Shown here: positions 39,919 to 49,314 of the stretch, piece by piece
Layout of the letters: every line of letters starts with the position of its first letter
How positions within the stretch are numbered: position 1 is the first letter of the stretch
Virus record (IMG/VR): IMGVR_UViG_3300032294_002710
Span: 1 to 64,000 of that record
Length of the DNA: 64,000 nucleotides
Strand: one strand, 5' to 3'
Source of the DNA: a virus
Made by a program: the position numbers and the translations under genes
Notes under the pieces: model-generated
Told to the model about the DNA's origin: nothing
Seen by the model: only the letters and a program-made list of their open reading frames with translations
The model's database searches: none

Positions 39919-40965
39919 ATGAATAAAAAAGTAGCTTTAATCACTGGAGTAACTGGTCAAGATGGATCATATCTATCCGAATTTCTATTAGATAAGAATT
40001 ATATAGTTCATGGTATAAAAAGGAGAAGTTCATCCTTCAATACAGAGAGAATTGATAGTTTATATGAAATAACAAGGAATAGTAAAAACTTTCACCTACA
40101 TTATGGTGATTTAACTGATTCTACTAATTTAATTAGAATTATACAAGAAGTTCAACCTGATGAGATTTATAATTTGGCTGCTCAGTCACATGTTAAAGTT
40201 TCGTTTGAAACACCAGAATATACTGCAAATGCTGATGGTATAGGCACACTTCGAATATTAGAAGCTATAAGAATTTTAGGTCTTGATAAAAAGACAAAAT
40301 TCTACCAAGCATCAACATCAGAGATGTTTGGACTAGTTCAAGAAGTTCCTCAAAAAGAAACAACTCCTTTTTACCCTCGAAGTCCTTATGGCGTTGCTAA
40401 ATTATATTCTCATTGGATAACTGTAAATTACAGAGAGGCTTATAATATCTTCGCTTGTTCTGGAATTTTATTTAATCATGAGAGTCCTGTTCGTGGAGAG
40501 ACATTTGTTACTAGAAAAATAACACAAGCAGCTTGTAAAATTAAATTAGGACTACAAGAAAAGCTACTAATCGGTAATTTAGATGCTGAAAGAGATTGGG
40601 GCCACGCTAAAGATTATGTCGAGGGTATGTGGTTGATGTTACAGCAGGATAAACCAGATGATTATGTTCTGTCTACCGGTGAAAAAATATCTGTAAGAGA
40701 TTTTTGTACTATGTCATTTAAAGAACTTGGAATTGATATAGATTGGATTGGATCCGGAATAAACGAGAAAGGAGTGGATAAAAATACTGGTAGAGTTATA
40801 GTTGAAATTGATGAGGAATATTTTAGACCAACAGAGGTAGATCAATTATTAGGAGACTCAACTAAAGCTCGAACTATTTTGGGATGGAGACCAAAATACA
40901 CTGTTTATGACTTATGTAAAGAGATGGTGTTCTCGGATTTTGAAAAAATCTCAAAAGGATTATAA
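39919..40965 (+). CDS. gmd: GDP-mannose 4,6-dehydratase
   Basis: [48 protein letters not shown]. Confidence 0.96.
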   Translation: MNKKVALITGVTGQDGSYLSEFLLDKNYIVHGIKRRSSSFNTERIDSLYEITRNSKNFHLHYGDLTDSTNLIRIIQEVQPDEIYNLAAQSHVKVSFETPEYTANADGIGTLRILEAIRILGLDKKTKFYQASTSEMFGLVQEVPQKETTPFYPRSPYGVAKLYSHWITVNYREAYNIFACSGILFNHESPVRGETFVTRKITQAACKIKLGLQEKLLIGNLDAERDWGHAKDYVEGMWLMLQQDKPDDYVLSTGEKISVRDFCTMSFKELGIDIDWIGSGINEKGVDKNTGRVIVEIDEEYFRPTEVDQLLGDSTKARTILGWRPKYTVYDLCKEMVFSDFEKISKGL

Positions 40966-41037
40966 TGATATTTTATCAAACTTTTTAATGTTTAAAAAAT
41001 ACATTATTTTACTTGTTTAACTTTAAAAATATTAATT

Positions 41038-41331
41038 ATGAATAGATGTGTTTTTCAATTATGGGAAGAATCCGAAAAGGGGTGGGGAATTCGACCAGAT
41101 GGATGTTCAATTCACTTAGACGAACAAGAACTAAAAAGATATATTAGTAAAATCTATCAAAGTAGAACGGATGTCGTTCCTGATGAGTATGAAAGAGTTG
41201 TTGGTAGTAATGTAGATTGTTTTATTTCAGATACTTTATATGATAGGCTTTTAGAAAAGGGAACACTTAGACTTTTGGAAAATGAAAAAAATAACTTAGT
41301 TTCAATGGAGGAAATTATTTTTAAACCATGA
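41038..41331 (+). CDS. Hypothetical protein
   Basis: WEESEKGWGIRPDGCSIH, a motif typical of phage hypotheticals. Confidence 0.6.
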   Translation: MNRCVFQLWEESEKGWGIRPDGCSIHLDEQELKRYISKIYQSRTDVVPDEYERVVGSNVDCFISDTLYDRLLEKGTLRLLENEKNNLVSMEEIIFKP

Positions 41332-41654
41332 GTTTGTTTTTTATCATAATGAGTTTCTATTACCTAATTAATAGGACACAGCTACTCTACGATCCAGTGA
41401 ATTTGAGTTTTAAATTCAAAGATAGAAAATATAAATATAAAATATTTGTATTTACGGACATTTTATATTTTATATCTGAGCTAATTTACTACCCTTGGAT
41501 CTTAATACTACTCTTTTTTAATTTACATTTGTCGATATTTTTAATACTGTTGGTTTTACTTAGATGGGCCTTTTTAGATCCACAGAATGTAAAAACAGAT
41601 ACTACACATAGTATTATGAGGATAATGATATTGTCCTTATCTTTTATAAGTTAA
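41328..41654 (+). CDS. Small membrane protein
   Basis: Several hydrophobic segments; ATGA overlap with the upstream gene. Confidence 0.5.
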   Translation: MSLFFIIMSFYYLINRTQLLYDPVNLSFKFKDRKYKYKIFVFTDILYFISELIYYPWILILLFFNLHLSIFLILLVLLRWAFLDPQNVKTDTTHSIMRIMILSLSFIS

Positions 41655-42177
41655 ATTTCTTTAAGTGATCCTCAGTTATTACGATAAATTCCCATCCTTT
41701 CTTTTCACAGAATCTTATCATAGTATTCCATTTATCTCTATTTTTTTGAGCCATTTTTAAATCATACTCAAAATTTTTAAGTTTTTTCATTTTTGATGAA
41801 GAATCTGGTACTTGAAGTCTTTTTTCCTGTAAGGCAACAACCATTTCAAATTCTTTTTTTGGTTTAACTTCAGCTATTACTTTTTTTGTTAGACCATTTT
41901 CAAGTTTCATTTCGTAATAAAAGTCAGGATAATAATTGTGTGTTTTTACTCTGACATCACCATTATCAAAATGTGTCATTTGATATGGTATTGTTATGCA
42001 CTCTGCTCCCCACATAGATACTTTCTCACTTAAATCGAGCCAATTCATTATTTTAAATTCCCAAGAACTTCTATAATAGATCCCACCCTGTGAGTTCAAT
42101 TTTAATACCTTATCTTTATTTTTAGGTATAAAGTTACCTTGATGATAGTTACTATTTTTCGGAGCATTATTTAACAT
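41644..42177 (-). CDS. Head completion nuclease (T4 gp4-like, TnsA-type PD-(D/E)xK)
   Basis: YRSSWE, WGAE, YYPDFY, EVKP, KW..C..KGWEFIVITE. Confidence 0.9.
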   Translation of the reverse strand: MLNNAPKNSNYHQGNFIPKNKDKVLKLNSQGGIYYRSSWEFKIMNWLDLSEKVSMWGAECITIPYQMTHFDNGDVRVKTHNYYPDFYYEMKLENGLTKKVIAEVKPKKEFEMVVALQEKRLQVPDSSSKMKKLKNFEYDLKMAQKNRDKWNTMIRFCEKKGWEFIVITEDHLKKFNL

Positions 42178-42180
42178 AAT

Positions 42181-42190
42181 AATATATATT
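42181..42190. promoter_or_regulatory. Palindromic bidirectional late promoter AATATATATT
   Basis: Centred in the 16-bp gap between divergent gp4 and gp2 genes, with AATATATA ending 5 nt from each ATG. Confidence 0.65.
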
Positions 42191-42193
42191 GTT

Positions 42194-42889
42194 ATGGGTG
42201 CTTTACAAGAAAGAGTTAATTTAAATCAAAAGGTTTATGGAACAGATATAGTTGATTTCTATAAAAAAAATTCAATCTATATGGTTGATAAATATTCAAA
42301 AAGTGATGATATGTGTGAGGCTATACCCTTGAGTGACATATCTATGGGTAGGTTTTATTTCTTTCACTATGAGGATCCATCAAATTGGATGAGATATTCT
42401 CCAGTTTTTACTATAGAGTATAAACAGCTGAAGGATTTTAAAATTTTAATTTGTTTGAATTTTAATTTTATTCCTTTAGAGATTAGATCAGGCATTTTTG
42501 ATAAGTTTATATCTGAAAAAATGTTTGAAAGTAATTCACCACTAGAAGTTAATTTCCAAGGTATTTATACAGAGCTATTAAAATATGGATTTGAGTATAG
42601 TATTGTGGAATATAATGCTATTCAGTTGAAAATGGCACATAGAATAAATTTAGATCTCCTTCCTAGATTTCTCTACTCTTCGCATCCAAAAAATATTTAT
42701 GATCCAAATAAACTAATGCAAATTTGGACTGCTAAATTAGAAACGAGAAAAGAAAGACATGATGAACTCAATACATCAACATTGTCAGATTTTTATGATG
42801 CAAATTCACTTATTAATAATAAATATGATGTTTTATTAGGACATGTTAAAAGACTACAAGAAAGCTACGATAAGTTTAAAAACAAATAA
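42194..42889 (+). CDS. DNA end protector-like protein (T4 gp2-like)
   Basis: GRFYFFHY..P..LNFNFIP..R pattern; adjacent to gp4. Confidence 0.6.
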   Translation: MGALQERVNLNQKVYGTDIVDFYKKNSIYMVDKYSKSDDMCEAIPLSDISMGRFYFFHYEDPSNWMRYSPVFTIEYKQLKDFKILICLNFNFIPLEIRSGIFDKFISEKMFESNSPLEVNFQGIYTELLKYGFEYSIVEYNAIQLKMAHRINLDLLPRFLYSSHPKNIYDPNKLMQIWTAKLETRKERHDELNTSTLSDFYDANSLINNKYDVLLGHVKRLQESYDKFKNK

Positions 42890-42924
42890 TTATAATTTCA
42901 TATAATTTGTAAAAAAAACTTTAT

Positions 42925-43962
42925 ATGAAAACTTTCTTTCTTGAGTACATTTGGTTGGATGGTAATACTCCTCAAAAACTTAGATCTAAAACAAAAATCG
43001 TAAAGGCTAAAAACGAAGATAAAATTAAATTGTCTAATTGGGGTTTTGATGGATCTTCTACAAATCAGGCCGAGACTTCAAAGTCTGAAATGGTTTTAGT
43101 TCCTGTTAATAAATTTAAAGATCCTTTTCGTGAAAACGGATTTTTAGTTATGTGTGAAGTGTATAATACTGACATGACTCCACATTCTTCTAATAAGAGA
43201 TACCAACTTTCAGAAACTTTAAAAGTTTCTGATGAAAAAACTATGTATGGATTTGAGCAAGAGTATATAATTTATGATAGAGAAACAGATAAACCATTAG
43301 GGTGGCCAAAAGATGGTTATCCTCGTCCTCAGGGGGACTATTATTGTGGTGTTGGTGGTAGTAATGTTTCTGGTAGAAAGTTTGTAGACAGACACGCTGA
43401 TCTTTGTTTAGAGGCTGGTCTCTCTTTTACTGGTATAAATGCTGAGGTTATGTTGGGTCAATGGGAGTATCAAATTGGACCGGTTTATGCCTTAGATGGA
43501 TCAGATCAACTTTGGATATCAAGATGGATTTTAGAAAGAGTTTCTGAAGAGTTTAACTATTTTATAGAGTTTCATCCTAAACCATTTAGAGGAAATGATT
43601 GGAATGGTAGTGGAATGCATGTTAACTTCTCTACTGAGTCTATGAGAGAAGATATGAATAATAAAAAACAATTAGTATTTGATGCTTGTGAAAAACTTGG
43701 AAAGTCAATAGACGATCACATAGATGTTTATGGTATTGATAACGAATTTAGATTAACTGGTGCTAATGAAACATGTTCTATAAGTCAGTTTAAATTTGGA
43801 ATCGGTGATAGAACAGCTTCTATACGAATTCCTTTTTCTATAAATGATGATGAAACACCAGGCTATTTAGAAGATCGAAGACCAGCTTCAAACGCTAATC
43901 CATATGAAATATGTGATGTGATGATTAAGACAATATGTGTTGGTGTTGAGGTTGAAAGTTAA
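42925..43962 (+). CDS. glnII: Glutamine synthetase type II
   Basis: EYIWLDG, LRSKTK, WGFDGSST, GINAEVMLGQWEYQ, DWNGSGMH, RTASIRIP, GYLEDRRPASN. Confidence 0.95.
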   Translation: MKTFFLEYIWLDGNTPQKLRSKTKIVKAKNEDKIKLSNWGFDGSSTNQAETSKSEMVLVPVNKFKDPFRENGFLVMCEVYNTDMTPHSSNKRYQLSETLKVSDEKTMYGFEQEYIIYDRETDKPLGWPKDGYPRPQGDYYCGVGGSNVSGRKFVDRHADLCLEAGLSFTGINAEVMLGQWEYQIGPVYALDGSDQLWISRWILERVSEEFNYFIEFHPKPFRGNDWNGSGMHVNFSTESMREDMNNKKQLVFDACEKLGKSIDDHIDVYGIDNEFRLTGANETCSISQFKFGIGDRTASIRIPFSINDDETPGYLEDRRPASNANPYEICDVMIKTICVGVEVES

Positions 43963-43966
43963 TATT

Positions 43967-43991
43967 AAGTCCGATATAAATATCGGACTTT
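43967..43991 (+). terminator. Intrinsic terminator
   Basis: AAGTCCGATAT-aa-ATATCGGACTTTT. Confidence 0.75.
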
Positions 43992-44026
43992 TTATTTTAA
44001 TATATAACTAAAACTTATCTGTAAAT

Positions 44027-44374
44027 ATGAGACATTTAAAAAAGTTTGAAGATCTTGACTATAAAGATATACTAGCTCAACAGGCTAAATTTAGAGAAGA
44101 GATTGAAAAATCTCGACTTGAAGAAATAGAAAGAAGAAGACAGGAATTATCTGGAAAGCATTTGTCAAAGCTATCATCAGAGTCTGAGAGAAAGAGTAAG
44201 ATGGAAACAATGATACAAGAACGACAAGAACTTACCCATTTAGTCATTCAAGCTTTAATTTATTCAGAACAGAATAAAGATGGATTTGATAATTTTAAAA
44301 ATGATTTAAAAGAACTATTGGATAAATATCCATTAGATAAGCTTCCTAGAAGTGGGTCATCAATTTATAGATAA
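44027..44374 (+). CDS. Helical protein with capsid-targeting-like peptide
   Basis: MRHLKKFEDL. Confidence 0.6.
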   Translation: MRHLKKFEDLDYKDILAQQAKFREEIEKSRLEEIERRRQELSGKHLSKLSSESERKSKMETMIQERQELTHLVIQALIYSEQNKDGFDNFKNDLKELLDKYPLDKLPRSGSSIYR

Positions 44375-44427
44375 ATTTAGGGAAAAGGTATAGTTAAATA
44401 TATACCTTTAAAATTTTTAAAAATTTA

Positions 44428-46137
44428 ATGGCATCAACTTATAATCCTCTTGGGCAAAATACAACTCAGTTTAACAGCGCTATTGAAAATCGAGGACTTT
44501 TTAGTAGAATTTTAAGAAACTTATCATCATGGGGTATGAACTATGATGATATGATTATGAGAAACCAAGTCGGTGTTGGTATAAACGAAGATCCTTATAC
44601 TATACAAGGTAACTCAATGTATGACTTCTTTAGTAGAAGAGCTGTTGCCTCTGTTTTAAATAGAAAGTCAATTCCTTATTTAGATAGATCTTATGCTGAT
44701 AAAAGAAGAATTTTAAGAGAATATTCTATAAAGGATGAAATAAGAGATTTCGTATCAACAGTTTGTGATGAATGTGTTATTTACTCTGATAAAGATTTTT
44801 GCAGACCTAAAAACTTATCTAATGACTATACACAAGATGTTACGGATAAATATCAGGAATTCTTTGAGAAAATTTATAATAGATACGGTTTTTCAGATTC
44901 TGTTACCGCTTGGAACTTCATGAAAGATTTCTTGATTGATGGATATTTGGCAATGGAGATAGTTTGGGATGATAAAAAAAAGAATATTATACACTTTAAT
45001 AGATTAAGACCTGAGACTTTGGTTCCAGCTTTTGAACCATCTATAGGTAATATTTGGATTCAGTACCCGGAAGATCCACAATTAAGAAGAATATTTCTTG
45101 ATTCACAAATTATTTTTATTTCTTACTCTACTCAAAATGACTATTCTGAAACTTCATATGTGGAGGGCTTGATAAAACCATATAATCAGTTGAAGATAAT
45201 TGAGCAGACTAAAATTATGTTTAACATAATAAATGCCACTGTTTATCAAAAATTTACTATACCTGTTAAAGGTTTATCTAGACAAAAGGCTGAGGAGCAA
45301 ATAGGTCAATTAATAAATGATTACTCAGAGGAAGTTGAGTGGGATGACTCGTTAGGTACACTTCAAATAAATGGTACTAAACACCTACCATATAATAAAC
45401 AAATTTGGTTTCCAGAGGGTGATGCGGGTACTCCAAATATGGAGTTAGTCTCACCACAAGGACATAACCTAAATGAAGACGATATATTAAAGTGGTTTTA
45501 TAATATTTTAAAAAGAGCTTCAAAAATTCCAGTTCAAAGATTTGAAGGTGATAATGGTGGTGGTAATGTATTTACCGATGCTGCTGAGATGACAAGAGAT
45601 GAGGCTAAGTTTAGTAATTTTATTGGTAGATTAAGAGCGAATTTCAAAGAATTACTTGTTAAACCATTGAAATTGCAAATGTTGGTGGAATTTCCAGAAT
45701 TTAAAGATGATGAGGTTATTTTAAATCAAATTGATGTTGATTTTATTTCAAATCAATTGTTTGAGGAGTGGAAAAAATTAGGAAATATGTCTAAGAAAAT
45801 TGAAATACTTGGTAGTTATACTGGAATTCAGAAGGCTGATGGTACACCTTATTTCCACATAGAATATTTAATAGATCACGTGTTGAAATTATCATCTGAA
45901 GAAAAAGAGGAAAATAAAAGATACTGGGTTAAAGATGCTGCAGGAGCTGGATCTTCAGAGGCAACTCCTGGTGAGGCTGGTGCTGGTGAGGCTGGTGCTG
46001 AATTCGGTGGAGAAGAGGCCGGTGGCGCTCAAGCTACTCCTGAGACCCCTGAAGCTCCCGCTCCTGAGACAGGTGGTGGAGAAGCTGGTGGTGAGGCAGG
46101 TGGTGGAGAAGCTGGTGGTGGAGAATTTGAATTCTAA
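44428..46137 (+). CDS. Portal protein (T4 gp20-like) with Gly/Glu/Ala tail
   Basis: FLIDG, SYVEGLIKPYNQLKIIE, KIPVQRF, TRDEAKFSNFI; located upstream of protease and capsid genes. Confidence 0.93.
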   Translation: MASTYNPLGQNTTQFNSAIENRGLFSRILRNLSSWGMNYDDMIMRNQVGVGINEDPYTIQGNSMYDFFSRRAVASVLNRKSIPYLDRSYADKRRILREYSIKDEIRDFVSTVCDECVIYSDKDFCRPKNLSNDYTQDVTDKYQEFFEKIYNRYGFSDSVTAWNFMKDFLIDGYLAMEIVWDDKKKNIIHFNRLRPETLVPAFEPSIGNIWIQYPEDPQLRRIFLDSQIIFISYSTQNDYSETSYVEGLIKPYNQLKIIEQTKIMFNIINATVYQKFTIPVKGLSRQKAEEQIGQLINDYSEEVEWDDSLGTLQINGTKHLPYNKQIWFPEGDAGTPNMELVSPQGHNLNEDDILKWFYNILKRASKIPVQRFEGDNGGGNVFTDAAEMTRDEAKFSNFIGRLRANFKELLVKPLKLQMLVEFPEFKDDEVILNQIDVDFISNQLFEEWKKLGNMSKKIEILGSYTGIQKADGTPYFHIEYLIDHVLKLSSEEKEENKRYWVKDAAGAGSSEATPGEAGAGEAGAEFGGEEAGGAQATPETPEAPAPETGGGEAGGEAGGGEAGGGEFEF

Positions 46138-46577
46138 GCAGCTTCATTATATTCATAATACGCGTAGAATCCAATTATGAATTTTTGTTTTACCTTTACT
46201 CCCATTATTATTGGATTTATTTGTAAATCTATTCCAGAATTAATTAAACTTTTTAATAGTTTACCATTTGGTGTTTCTAATATCTCAATATTGAGTATTA
46301 TCTCATTTACTTCTAAATGACTATCAATAATAAATGATATTTCATTTATTCTAAAGGCCACATTTTTAAGATTAGTTGTTGATGAAAATATTTCAGAAAT
46401 TCCTAATTCGCACAAGAGTGGTGGATTAATTTCAGTTATATCAAACTGACATTTTTTACCTAAAATAGAGTTTATTTTTATTTCTCTGTATATTGATTTA
46501 TAGTCTCTATACTTTTCAAGTAAATATTTAAAACATTCAAGATTATATCTTTCCTTTAGATTAACATTAGTTATCAT
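46134..46577 (-). CDS. Catalytically dead prohead-protease (gp21)-like paralogue
   Basis: CELGIS..NLKNVAFRI..EILETPNGKLLKSLINSG follows the gp21 pattern GELDHP..NL..VSH.I..KILDTP.G..K.L...G, but lacks the catalytic His and the SSR Ser. Confidence 0.5.
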   Translation of the reverse strand: MITNVNLKERYNLECFKYLLEKYRDYKSIYREIKINSILGKKCQFDITEINPPLLCELGISEIFSSTTNLKNVAFRINEISFIIDSHLEVNEIILNIEILETPNGKLLKSLINSGIDLQINPIIMGVKVKQKFIIGFYAYYEYNEAA

Positions 46578-46935
46578 TTTGTGACTTTTTCTTTTCAGAA
46601 ATTGTTAGTTTCATTTTCTTGAAAAGTTTTTTATTCTGAATTGGATATTCTACTCCATAGTTTTTCTGAAGTGTCTCTTTTCTTTTCGATTCTGAGCACT
46701 TTCTACAGTAGTAGATGCCCCAGATATTTCCATACTTAATATAATTCTTGTAGATTACATCTTTTTTAATTCCACATCCGTCACATTCACAGAGTATTTT
46801 ATAGTGAGATCCTTTTGATAGCAATTCTGTTGGTATTATTAAATCATCTCCAATAGAAATATCATATCCTAAATTTTCAAAATATGAAAAATTAGACTCA
46901 TTGATTTTGATTTTAATTTCTCTAGTTATGATCAT
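46567..46935 (-). CDS. Zn-ribbon protein resembling the N-terminal part of homing endonucleases
   Basis: CECDGCG, YCRKCS and KRKETLQKNYGVEYP; no nuclease domain visible. Confidence 0.5.
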   Translation of the reverse strand: MIITREIKIKINESNFSYFENLGYDISIGDDLIIPTELLSKGSHYKILCECDGCGIKKDVIYKNYIKYGNIWGIYYCRKCSESKRKETLQKNYGVEYPIQNKKLFKKMKLTISEKKKSQNDN

Positions 46936-47088
46936 AAAAAACCGTTAATTTTTAATGTATATATCTATTTTATCATGTCTCTGTGAGATTTTATAGATTA
47001 AAGTTTTTCTAAATCCTATAAAAAATCCACCTTTAATTTTTTTTGGTTTTTTAATACCCATATATAACTAAAATTAACGTTAAATTTC

Positions 47089-49275
47089 ATGAAATCTATT
47101 CTTATTGTTGAAAATTCAACAAACTCTCTCTCAAAGATTAACGAGAGCAATAATAAGTCCCAAAATATTTTAGGTGGTATTTTCACAGAATTCGATATTA
47201 AAAATCGTAATGAGAGAATTTATACTGCTGATAAATTTCTTCCTTGTTTAGAGGAAATGAATGAAAGGATTACAAACATGGGTTCTGTTTATGGTGAGTT
47301 TGATCATCCAGATGTATTTGATACATCTTTGGCTAGAGCATCACACTTAGTTACAAAAGCGGAATTCGTTAAAGAAAATAATAGAGTCGAAGGTGAAATT
47401 AGATTACTCAACACTCATTGGGGTAAAGAAGCTCAAGCATTGGTTAACGATGGTTGTCCAGTTTTTGTTTCTTCACGCGCTGCTGGTATTACAGAGTCAG
47501 ACGGTACTGTTACATTGAAAAAGTTATTTACTTATGATATTGTGGCTGACCCTGGTTTTGCATCAGCAAAAATGAATGTTAAGACACTTAATGAATCGTT
47601 CGGCTTCTCTAATAAAGCTAACTTTAGGATATATGAAATGTCCGATGAGTCAAAAATAAATGATTTATTTAATATGAACACTAATGATTTAGTTACTAAA
47701 GAACAGTTAACTGATTATTCTAAATATCTTATTAATGAGTTGGCTTCTACTAAGAAAGAAGTTCGTGACGCAATTAAGAAAGGTAATCTTAACCCAAAGA
47801 AATTAGAACAGTTACTTGAGTACTATGAAAACTTAAACGAGACAAATTCTCAAATTGTTAAGTACTTAGACTATTTGGCTGAAAAAGTTCAAGTTGTTGT
47901 TAATGAGAACACAAGTCTTAAAACAACTGCTGAAAAACTTATCAAGCACAATGATTATTTGGCAGAAAACCTTGAAAAGGCAATAAATTACACTGAGTAT
48001 GTTGCTGAAAATCTTGATAAGAATATTGAGTATTCAGAATACTTAGCAGAAAATCTTGACAAGAACATCTCTTACTCAGAATACATCGCTGAAAATCTTG
48101 ATAAGAACATTTCTTATTCTGAATATTTGGCTGAAAATCTTGATAAGAATATAGCTTATTCTGAATATTTGGCTGAAAATCTTGATAAGAACATTGCATA
48201 CGCAGAATACATCGCTGAAAATCTTGATAAGAACATTTCTTATTCAGAATATTTAGCAGAACATCTTGATAATTCTATCGCTTACTCAGAATATTTGGCT
48301 GAGCATGTTGAGGGAAATATCGCATACTCAGAGTACATCGCAGAAAATCTTGATGATAACATTGCATACTCTGAATATATTGCAGAAAACCTTGATAAGT
48401 CAATCTCTTATCAAAGTTTGATTGTTGAAAAATTAAATGGTGGTAAGTTATTTGAAAGTAACGAAGAAGAAGATAGATTACCATCTTTAAATGTCGTTGG
48501 TATTGATTCATACGAAGAAGAGGCCGATGATAAATATGAAGAGGAAGAAGAAAATGCATGGAATGATAACTCAGAAGCTCCTTCTGCTGAAGAAACTCCA
48601 GGCGTATCTGAATCTAATGAGGCTGAAGAAACATCTTCTGAAGCTGATGAGGCTGAAGAAACATCTTCTGAAGCTGATGAAATGTCATCTGAATCTGAGG
48701 AAACACCTTCTGAATCTGATGAATATAATGAGTCACCTGCTTATGAAGGTAACTCTGATACTGAATTATCTAAATCTATTGATAAATTGATCGAAGAAGC
48801 TAAAAAACGTAAAGCTATTGAAACATCCGATCTACACTTTTTAAAATTCTTAAACAAATCTCAGGTTGATAGTTACTACTCTTTAACTAATGAAGAGCAG
48901 GAAGCTGTTACACTTTACATAAGCGAAAAAAGTTTCTTTACACAACAAGATGTGTTGAGATTAATCTCTGAGGCTTTGACATCTAAGAATGAAACTCTTG
49001 AAGAAAGAGTAATCAGATTGATGCCTGAAAACATCAAGCCAATCTGGAATCAATTAAATGAGAGTGCTAGAAAATCCATTTTATCTCAAGCTAGATTATA
49101 TCCAGCTGAGGTTATGTCAACTGATTCACAAGTTGAACATTTCTGGATGACTAGAAATCTCAAGAAAAATGAATCTGTTACTAAGAAATTAGTTTCACAT
49201 GAGAGTATGATTCAAGAAGATAAAATATCTGAAAAGGAATTGAATGCAATCATGGAAAGATTTAAAAACCTTTAA
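47089..49275 (+). CDS. Prohead protease (T4 gp21-like) fused to a repeat scaffold/core domain
   Basis: KNRNERIY, YGEFDHP, ASH, VSSRAAG and TYDIVADPGF, followed by 14-aa repeats and an acidic linker. Confidence 0.92.
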   Translation: MKSILIVENSTNSLSKINESNNKSQNILGGIFTEFDIKNRNERIYTADKFLPCLEEMNERITNMGSVYGEFDHPDVFDTSLARASHLVTKAEFVKENNRVEGEIRLLNTHWGKEAQALVNDGCPVFVSSRAAGITESDGTVTLKKLFTYDIVADPGFASAKMNVKTLNESFGFSNKANFRIYEMSDESKINDLFNMNTNDLVTKEQLTDYSKYLINELASTKKEVRDAIKKGNLNPKKLEQLLEYYENLNETNSQIVKYLDYLAEKVQVVVNENTSLKTTAEKLIKHNDYLAENLEKAINYTEYVAENLDKNIEYSEYLAENLDKNISYSEYIAENLDKNISYSEYLAENLDKNIAYSEYLAENLDKNIAYAEYIAENLDKNISYSEYLAEHLDNSIAYSEYLAEHVEGNIAYSEYIAENLDDNIAYSEYIAENLDKSISYQSLIVEKLNGGKLFESNEEEDRLPSLNVVGIDSYEEEADDKYEEEEENAWNDNSEAPSAEETPGVSESNEAEETSSEADEAEETSSEADEMSSESEETPSESDEYNESPAYEGNSDTELSKSIDKLIEEAKKRKAIETSDLHFLKFLNKSQVDSYYSLTNEEQEAVTLYISEKSFFTQQDVLRLISEALTSKNETLEERVIRLMPENIKPIWNQLNESARKSILSQARLYPAEVMSTDSQVEHFWMTRNLKKNESVTKKLVSHESMIQEDKISEKELNAIMERFKNL
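47956..48417 (+). repeat. 11 x 42-bp coding tandem repeat (Y[LIV]AENLDKNISYSE)
   Basis: In-frame repeats within the protease-scaffold gene with synonymous variation. Confidence 0.9.
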
Positions 49276-49314
49276 TCTCAGGTAGAAAGAGATAAAAATT
49301 AAAAAGAAAAAATT

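Noticed and set aside
39919-43962. Host chromosomal DNA or prophage boundary at gmd/glnII
   Set aside because: Both genes are interleaved with phage core genes at similar composition, with no integrase or att site.
47956-48417. 42-bp tandem repeats as a possible CRISPR array
   Set aside because: There are no unique spacers; the repeats are in-frame coding units with synonymous variation, and no cas genes are present.
48619-48680. 30-bp direct repeat as an insertion scar
   Set aside because: In-frame duplication (EAEETSSEAD x2) within an acidic linker; no mobile element is associated.
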